Below are positions 56,269 through 64,000 of a DNA stretch of 64,000 nucleotides, in pieces. The notes beneath the pieces are model-generated. The model searched no databases and was not told where the DNA came from. It worked only from the letters and a program-made list of their open reading frames with translations. The translations under genes and the position numbers were made by a program. The stretch's first letter is position 1; every line of letters begins with the position of its first letter. Source of the stretch: Eledone cirrhosa (lineage: Eukaryota); the NCBI GenBank assembly GCA_964016885.1, contig OZ024746.1, positions 1,240,001 through 1,304,000 on the forward strand, written 5' to 3'.

Positions 56269-56845
56269 AGTGGTGGCTACAGTCTATGCGTTTAAACAGC
56301 TAAAATAGAAATGTTAGATAAAACAAATATTTTTATGTAACTGTCACTATGGTAGACTTCTGGTGTAGTTGACACAGACCTCTAGAGAGGGAGAGAAAGG
56401 CTCTGACCGTCACCATTTCCTTCACCTCCGCATCTACTAGAAGGGAACATGAAATCATCAGAGGGACCCAAAACAAGTACTGCAAGGTATTCTGTTTAAC
56501 ACTTTAACAACTTTACCAATCCCTGACCTAATATTCTGCTAAAAGGTTAACGGGTGTCGGGAGGGTCTCTATCTGAATGTGGCTCCATGGGTACTTAAAA
56601 CCTTTAGCGATAGAATTGGACACCCTACCAAGTCATACTCCATTGTGAGGGACGACCATAGAAGATGTTTCTGACAACATTTTAATTGATTTATTACTAT
56701 TTGTTATCTTCTGATTGAAAAAACGAGTAACAATATGATACCGTTATCGATCTAACGATATAATCGATAACAACATCCCTTTAATCAATTAACTCAGCCT
56801 TTTAGTAAAGAATATATAATGTATGTATACACACACACACATATG

Positions 56846-56936
<91 letters not shown>

Positions 56937-56968
56937 AGATCAAAAGATGGTTAAAGGAGTTCCATATA

Positions 56969-57035
56969 TTTTATTATGCGCATTTCAAAAACAAACATCA
57001 TCAAACAATAATATTTGTGTTTTCATCAGATAAAA
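56969..57035 (-). ncRNA. Type I hammerhead ribozyme motif (mirror copy)
   Basis: Exact reverse complement of 57138-57204. Confidence 0.8.
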
Positions 57036-57137
57036 CAGGAGAACATGATATGAAGGCTAAAAAACACTTGTTGATAGTGCAGTTTTAAATCTGCACTATC
57101 AACAAGTGTTTTTTAGCCTTCATATCATGTTCTCCTG

Positions 57138-57204
57138 TTTTATCTGATGAAAACACAAATATTATTGTTTGATGATGTTTGTTTTTGAAATGCGCATAAT
57201 AAAA
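57138..57204 (+). ncRNA. Type I hammerhead ribozyme motif
   Basis: TTTTAT-CTGATGA-[AAACACAAATATTATT gttt GATGATGTTTGTTTTT]-GAAA-TGCGCA-TA-ATAAAA; palindromic stem III, AUA site. Confidence 0.8.
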
Positions 57205-57327
57205 TATATGGAACTCCTTTAACCATCTTTTGATCTTATATTATGCATACTCCAGTCCCACAAACTGTAGAGTGCTTCTTATCCGATATCTGCATTGCTT
57301 TATTGTACTACAATAAAACTCACCTCC

Positions 57328-57396
<69 letters not shown>

Positions 57397-57470
57397 TGCT
57401 CTCGATATGGTGAACTAACTGTTGTGTTACCACTTATATATATATACTTATATATATATATACATATATA

Positions 57471-58205
57471 CATACAGTTTTTGCAGATTTTTCCATGACA
57501 TATGTTGAATTAAATTTTAGTTAATGTATATATACTATATACTATATAATATATGTATTATAATAATAATAATATTTATAGTTATGTATATATTATATAG
57601 TATATAGTATATATACATTAACTAAAATTTAATTCAACATATGTCATGGAAAAATCTGCAAAAACTGTATGTTTCTCAACACACATTAATTCGAACACCA
57701 TCAACATTCAACACCCAGCATAGACTCTAATACATTAACATATTTGCTTCAACTGCAGTATTTATTCATCAATATATGCATAATAGCTTTGCTCTCATGT
57801 ATATGACTTACGCAGTCACACTATCCACACGCCTGCATATGAATTGTTATCGCACTCTTCCTTTCTCAAAACTGCTTCCTCAATGCCTCTTTAATATTTG
57901 GACTATTCCCTTGTTTTAACTGTTGCATGTATTCCACTCCGTGCCTTTGATTTTAATTTTAATTTTGATTTGAATTTGAACTTGAATACAATTCTCGTAA
58001 GATATATGTCACATCCATTCCACCCTGTAAATATGAAACTGTTGCTCACAACATCAATTTATATGTATCTATATTATTGTTCAGTTGAATAGGAGGTTAA
58101 TTATAAGTGCAAACATTGATAATGCTCCGATGATTCCAAACGAGAGTTTGGAAGAAACGATTGTCAGCTATTAAATGATTTGAACACAACTTTGATAATT
58201 GTATA

Positions 58206-58210
<5 letters not shown>
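57471..58210 (+). mobile_element. Probable PLE 3' end with 5' fold-back (84-bp arms 57471-57554 / 57588-57671)
   Basis: Inverted arms seen directly; hammerhead ~40 nt before the terminal (TA)n. Confidence 0.65.
58121..58172 (+). ncRNA. Type I hammerhead motif with CCGATGA core variant
   Basis: AATGCT-CCGATGA-TTCCAAAC(GAGA)GTTTGGAA-GAAAC-GATT-GTC-AGCTATT; 8-bp stem II with GNRA loop, GUC site. Confidence 0.72.
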
Positions 58211-58295
<85 letters not shown>

Positions 58296-58299
58296 GCCT

Positions 58300-58430
58300 A
58301 TAAAATCTGTCCAGCGATTTTTTTCCTGAGACATTCTAACCACATGCCCTCCATAGTATCGGAGCTGTGATCCCTCAATTTAGTGAAGTAGCGACTCTCT
58401 GATCTACGAGCTGCGCACTCTAACGACTAA
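58300..58430 (-). mobile_element. RTE LINE fragment
   Basis: Homologous to 63107-63240 and the reverse complement of 9745-9820. Confidence 0.7.
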
Positions 58431-58450
58431 CGTTATTCCAAAGCCTCGAA

Positions 58451-58540
<90 letters not shown>

Positions 58541-58548
<8 letters not shown>

Positions 58549-58852
58549 ATACTTTGGGAGTGTCATGTTGCCAATAAGAAACACACGCACCAGTTGCTTT
58601 CACTTCAATTTATTATATATTTATAAATTTATAAATTTACAAATTTACAAACTTATAAATTTCTGGTTGGTTGGTTGGTTCCACAACCAGATAGTTGTTT
58701 ATATATATAGTCATAGTCCTTTCGTCACACACTCTGTGACCTCTTCAGCGACTGGGGATTCCTTTCTTTGTTTCTGTGCCTTTCCTTTCTTCTATCCTAC
58801 GCCATTTTGTTTCTGTTATTGGCAACATGACCCTCCCAAAGTATAACAATAT
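58541..58852 (-). mobile_element. Solo pLTR of the 7905-9525 PLE family with 37-bp terminal inverted repeats
   Basis: 58541-58815 is a near-identical reverse complement of ~9258-9525; 58816-58852 is an inverted copy of the terminus. Confidence 0.92.
58709..58753 (-). ncRNA. Minimal type I hammerhead motif
   Basis: Same as 9321-9365, with one A>G change giving a G-U pair in stem I. Confidence 0.78.
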
Positions 58853-58904
58853 CGGTTTCAACACACGATTTCAGATAAAGAATCTTGCTAAACAAATTCA
58901 GAAA

Positions 58905-59067
<163 letters not shown>

Positions 59068-59195
59068 AAAATTTTATTTAAAATTGTTGGGTTACAACGA
59101 GTAAATATTTTATAACTGATATAAAAGCACTCAACAGATTTTGGAGTATTTTACGATATTAAACAAATGGAAACTACATTTATAAAACCATATTT

Positions 59196-59259
59196 ATTTC
59201 ATTATATATATTTCAGGGATATCATATTAAAAATATGGTATGCCCTCTTCAGACAAAAT
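59196..59259 (-). ncRNA. Type I hammerhead ribozyme motif
   Basis: Minus: ATTTTGT-CTGAAGA-GGGCATACCATATT(ttt)AATATGATATCCCT-GAAA-TATATA-TA-ATGAAAT. Confidence 0.78.
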
Positions 59260-60659
59260 ACAATATATAAACAGTTTTATAAATAAATTTGACATACCTT
59301 GGAAAATTTACAACTTCCATTTAAAAAGTTGTTATGGTAGTGAGAATGTTAATGACAGTTAGAAAGAAAGACGGAGAAAAAAGAAAAAAGAAAAAGAAGG
59401 AAAAAAAGAAAAAGAAAGAGCGGAAGGTGAAGAAGATGAAGAAATGTATGTAAAGAGAAAACCCCAAATGAGAGATTTATGAGGGAAGGGGTACTGTAAT
59501 TATTTATTTATTTATTTATTTATTTAGTGTTAAGGATACGGGGAGAAATAAAACAAAAACAAAAATAAATAAGGAGAGGTAGATCGAGTAATATCTATTA
59601 TACGAGGTAGGAGAGATAGGGGAGGGGTGAGATACAGGAGATAGAGTTAAAATAGCCGATACATAAGTCCCGTTAAATGTAGAGGGAGGAGGAGAGGAGA
59701 TATACTTAGAAATAAAAATGATAGTTTTAAAATATTATGTTTCATCTGTCTATCAATTCCTATGAATTATAATGTAAATATCAATATTCATGAATGAGAC
59801 ACATATCAATAATGTGTGAAAAAATAATGCCTATATGTTTAGTTTAAAAAAATTCTTAGGTTTACAATCAAAATCTGAGATAAAACTTCAAAAAAATACT
59901 GAAATACATAAGTATATATGTATTTTCATGAGAAAAGAGAAAAAGAAAAGGAGAAAGAAAAAAGAGAAGGTTATCTCAAATTGACATTATAGACATATGT
60001 GAGCCTACGTGAACAGCTCTGTAAATTTTTATTTCACATGAAAAGCTTCATTGCGTTAAAATAGATTTTACCGTACATATATGTACATACATACATACAT
60101 ATACATAAAATATACATTATTAGTAATAATAATAATATTCTTGCCCTCTCATACATGATTATCGTTCAAGCATAGAATAGAACAGATATCAATATATTAA
60201 AATACTAAAATATTAAAAACGCCAAGAATATTTCACTCCCCAGAATATCTAGGGCCGTAAAAAACACATTGTGCCCCGCATATCAATCAATCCTTCCAAT
60301 TTATTTGACAATATATTGCCAAGTTCATTAGAAGCAATCAGAATCAAAAGCAAACATAACCAAAATTATTCACCAAACTTATTTAGCAGAAATCATTCAA
60401 AAAAAAAAAAAAAAAAAAACATTAGGATACCCGGTTGTTCTACAGATGCTCTTATATTTATTATAGAAGTTTATCTAGCTTAAAAATGTTATTCAATAGA
60501 TTTGGGAGCATCAGCATTTTAAGGTAGTTTAATTACATTATTAATTATATACTCATGAAGAAGGTTTAAAGAATTGAAGGAATCGAAAGATTTATCGCCA
60601 AGTTTTCTAAAATAATTAAAAAATAATTAAAAAGTAATTAAAAGTCTTAAGTAAATATA

Positions 60660-61883
60660 CTACATTTTAAATTTATATTTATATTTAAAAGTTGAGTTCA
60701 ATCTATGTCTGCAGCAACTGAATAAATTGGTCCGTAAATTAAGGGAATTTTTAGATTTCAGTATAAAGAATATCTCCTCCGCGCAGAGGTCACATGTCTC
60801 AGAGGAGGAGTTAAAAGGAATTCTTCTTGAGACTATATTCCAAACCATCGAATATCCAACGTTATCATGTTTAAGTTGCCAGAGTAAGCCTGATAGTGAT
60901 GTTGAAGATTTTTTGTTTGGATCCGTGAAAGAATTCTTGTGATTATTATAGCGAAGTTTAAATTCTGTCGAGGTGGAACCAACATAATTAAAAGAATTTA
61001 CGTCAGTTTTAACATTACAGTTGTATATTATATTTTTAACTAAGCAATTGTTATTTAACGGGCATTTAGATCTATCTCTACAGTTACAGTTGTTTACTTG
61101 AATATTGTTTATGCTATTATCGGTATTTTGGCTAGGTTTTAGATTCTTATTATTTATTCTATTAATATTTTGTGCTAAATTTTTGGTGGACGAGTAAGTT
61201 AATTTTATAGTATGTCTATTGAAAATTGTGTGATACTTATGTGTTCTAGGGAATCGTTTGTCAAGAGCATTAAAAAATAGTTTAGCGATGTGGGTTTTAA
61301 TGTTTAGTGAGAAAGGGGGGGGGAACCAAATTATGTTTCTAGTTCTATTTCTTTTCTGGTTTTTGGAATTATTGTAATTCTTTCTATTATAGTTGTTAAA
61401 GTTGTTACCGTAATTAAAATTGTTGTTATTTTGGTTAGTTTGTCTATTATTATCGATGTACATAATTTTATCACTATATCCTGCTCTAGCTATCGCTTCA
61501 TTATAATACTGGGCTTTTTTGTCGAAAATATTTTTATTAGATGAGATTCTAGAGATACGTTTTTGAACAGAGTTCACTATAGTATTTTTAACAGATCTGG
61601 GGTGGTTGGAGTTAAAGTTGACATAATTCAAGTTTTCATTTAACTTGTGAAATGGATAGTGAAGACATGTGTTGAGATTTAATGTTACATCTAGGAAATT
61701 GACTATTCTATGGTTATTCTCAATTTCTATTTTTGATTAAGGTAATTAAAAAATTGTATAATTTGTTTTCTTTTTCTATTTAGTTCAGAGTTATTATTTT
61801 CAATAAGTAAAAGCATGTCATCTCGATATAATCCTCCGGTAGCACCGGGTATTTTCCTATGCAGCGAATTAATTATAAATAGG

Positions 61884-61884
<1 letters not shown>
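60660..61884 (-). pseudogene. PLE RT (from YRDD) + GIY-YIG ORF, frameshifted
   Basis: SNHP, RISRISS, RNIIWFPPPFS, IKLTYS, CNCR..CPL..NC, IIY..YVGST..FKLRYNNHK, CDLCAEE, CRH. Confidence 0.88.
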
Positions 61885-61956
<72 letters not shown>

Positions 61957-61957
<1 letters not shown>

Positions 61958-62205
61958 GCAGAGGTAATATTTAATTTGTTGGGATTCAACAAGCTTAAAC
62001 ATTTTTATAACTGATATAAAGCACTCCAGGAAGCTCCAACTGTTAAGGTTGTCTTTTTTTCGGGTATGTCAATATTTATTTATAAAACAAATCTGTATTT
62101 TATCTGATGAAAGCGCACCATAATTTGCCTTGGTTGCCCTTGAAATATATATAATAAAATAAATATGGTTTTATAAATATAGTTTCCATTTATTAATATA
62201 TTGTA
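61957..62205. mobile_element. Rearranged pLTR related to 59064-59290 (3' end on minus, hammerhead part inverted to plus)
   Basis: TTTTTATAACTGATATAAA(A)GCACTC in the same orientation as 59108; AAATAAATATGGTTTTATAAAT in the opposite orientation to 59178. Confidence 0.8.
62097..62160 (+). ncRNA. Type I hammerhead ribozyme motif
   Basis: ATTTTAT-CTGATGA-AAGCGCACCA..TGGTTGCCCTT-GAAA-TATATA-TA-ATAAAAT. Confidence 0.75.
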
Positions 62206-62289
62206 TATGTATATATGTATATATATCTTTACTTATTTTTATTAATGACCTTTCCAGGGTGTGACACAGAGTTCACCCGCCGGGCTTTC

Positions 62290-62410
62290 AAACACTGTCC
62301 TCCTGTCTAATTTCACTCACAAGACTTGAGTCGACCCAAGTCTATGGTAAATGACATTTGTCTAAGATGCCAGGCAGTGAGATAGAAACTGGGACCTCAT
62401 GATTGGGAAG
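62290..62410 (-). mobile_element. Family C SINE fragment
   Basis: TTCACTCACAAG..GTCGACCCAAGTCTATGGTA..GCAGTGAGATAGAAAC..TGATTGGGAAG. Confidence 0.6.
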
Positions 62411-62465
62411 ATGGGCAGTGATTTGGCCGCCATAGTTGACCCACCGACGAGAGGATGAACCCGTT

Positions 62466-62575
<110 letters not shown>

Positions 62576-62861
62576 AAGGCGTCATTTGTAGTAACATGGA
62601 TTGCCTCCAGGCCGCCGGGATAACATCTGAGGGGTCATTCCTGTACAAGATGCAGCACTGTCTGGGGTTAGTGTCCCACAGTCACATACTGGGATATCTT
62701 TTATTTTCCATGGATAAAGATGATGACATGTGTTGTGCAGATTTGATTAGGTGACAGCCATTAGCAAAAGTGAATGTGATGTCTTTAAAATGTAGAATAA
62801 GATTATGAAGGGAAATAACTCCGTTATTACAAACATCTGAGTTAAAGGGAAATAACTTTCA

Positions 62862-63240
62862 TATTTTCTTCTTTTTCTTCTTCATCTTCTTAATTTTCTT
62901 CTTCCTTTTCTTCTTCTTTTACTTGTCGTTCTTCGACCACTTATTCCTGAGAAGGGGGGGGGGGGCAGAGTCCTCAAACACCCTGTCTAGCCCGTCCTAT
63001 TATAAACAACCATCTCCAATTAATCCAGCGGGATCCCTAAACAAGACCAAACCAACCAGAGATGTTATCCAACTATCTTGCTCGGGGTCTATCCCTGGTT
63101 TGTCCGTAAAATCTGTCCAGTGATTCTTTCGTCAGACATTCTAACTACATGTCCATAGTATCGGAGCTGTGATCTCTTAATTCGGAGAATTAGCAGCTCT
63201 ACCTGGAGTGACTCTCTCATCTCCGAGCTACGCACTTTCA
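62862..63240 (-). mobile_element. RTE LINE 3' fragment with GAA-rich tail
   Basis: Reverse complement is homologous to 9737-10020. Confidence 0.78.
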
Positions 63241-63276
63241 TATCAACACGTTTGTTTTCTCCATATTTTTAAAAAT

Positions 63277-63908
63277 AAATGTAAGTATGTATGTATTTAT
63301 ACGTACATACATATATGTATACAGACGTACAGTAGTATGTATATATATATACATACATGCACACATATATATATGCACGTATCGGTTTATCGAACATTTA
63401 TTATAATTGTTTCTACTTTTGGCACAAGGCCAGCAATTATCCAGTGCATTACTGGTACTTTATTTTATCGACCCCGTAAGGATGAAAGGCAAAGTCAACC
63501 TCGGCGGGATTTGAACTCAGATCGTAAAGGGACGTAACTATGCTGGAAAGCATGGCGTCCGACTCTCTACCGATACTGCCAATCCATTATTATAATGCTC
63601 GGTTTGTCTGTAAACAAACAAACAGCCCGAATTACGCCGTACAGTGTTTAGGCAACCACGTCACCTTTTTGTTCAACACTGACACAGGAACGATGTACTA
63701 GTTTCAAGCTTATTAGCTATCGTCAGCATCGTATACCTTCCTGCCAGATGGTTGAACGTCTGAAAGTATATACTTTCCTTGTGCATATTAACGGCTGAGC
63801 AGCCTAAACCGATACGTGCATATATATATGTATGCATGTATATATATATATACATACTACTGTACGTCTGTATACATATATGTATGTACGTATACATACT
63901 TACATTTA
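63277..63908. repeat. ~105-bp inverted repeats (63277-63389 / 63806-63908) enclosing a SINE A (63408-63585, minus)
   Basis: GTATACAGACGTACAGTAGTATG and TGCACGTATCGGTTTA are mirrored. Confidence 0.85.
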
Positions 63909-64000
63909 AGTAAGTGTCGTACTCAGAGTGAGAAATGAAATTTCGTTTCATTCTATTCCATTTAAAAATAAATATATACATCTAACATATTTTATAAATT

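Larger units (their letters stand above)
56929..57330 (+). mobile_element. Fold-back PLE-type pLTR: 154-bp perfect inverted arms plus unique 3' end, in (TA)n
   Basis: 56929-57082 pairs with 57091-57244; 3' tail shared with 23920-24009; contains hammerheads. Confidence 0.88.

Overview
Repeat-saturated, AT-rich animal genomic DNA, most likely an octopus (coleoid cephalopod), judging from the SINE families and extreme microsatellite load. That assignment is recognition, not a database result. No complete host protein-coding gene is visible. Nearly all long ORFs in the track are artefacts of microsatellites or minisatellites. Supported content: one intact tRNA-Glu(CTC) plus a broken neighbouring copy; two 5'-truncated Penelope-like elements (RT remnant + GIY-YIG) and several solo/rearranged pLTR pieces, together carrying seven hammerhead-ribozyme motifs (six within 56.9-62.2 kb); a Tx1/L1-type LINE 3' fragment plus two shorter 3' ends; RTE and R4/Dong-like LINE 3' ends; a mariner relic; many tRNA-derived SINEs; four large minisatellites, three of which expanded inside SINE copies; a 200-N gap; and one candidate signal-peptide exon. 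The strongest unexplained patterns are the repeated inverted/fold-back retroelement insertions at (TA)n tracts (one puts a hammerhead on each strand of a perfect ~316-bp palindrome), SINE-seeded minisatellites, a covarying two-hairpin LINE 3' UTR, and a fold-back containing two convergent tRNA-like modules. Coordinates were read by eye; repeat edges are approximate.
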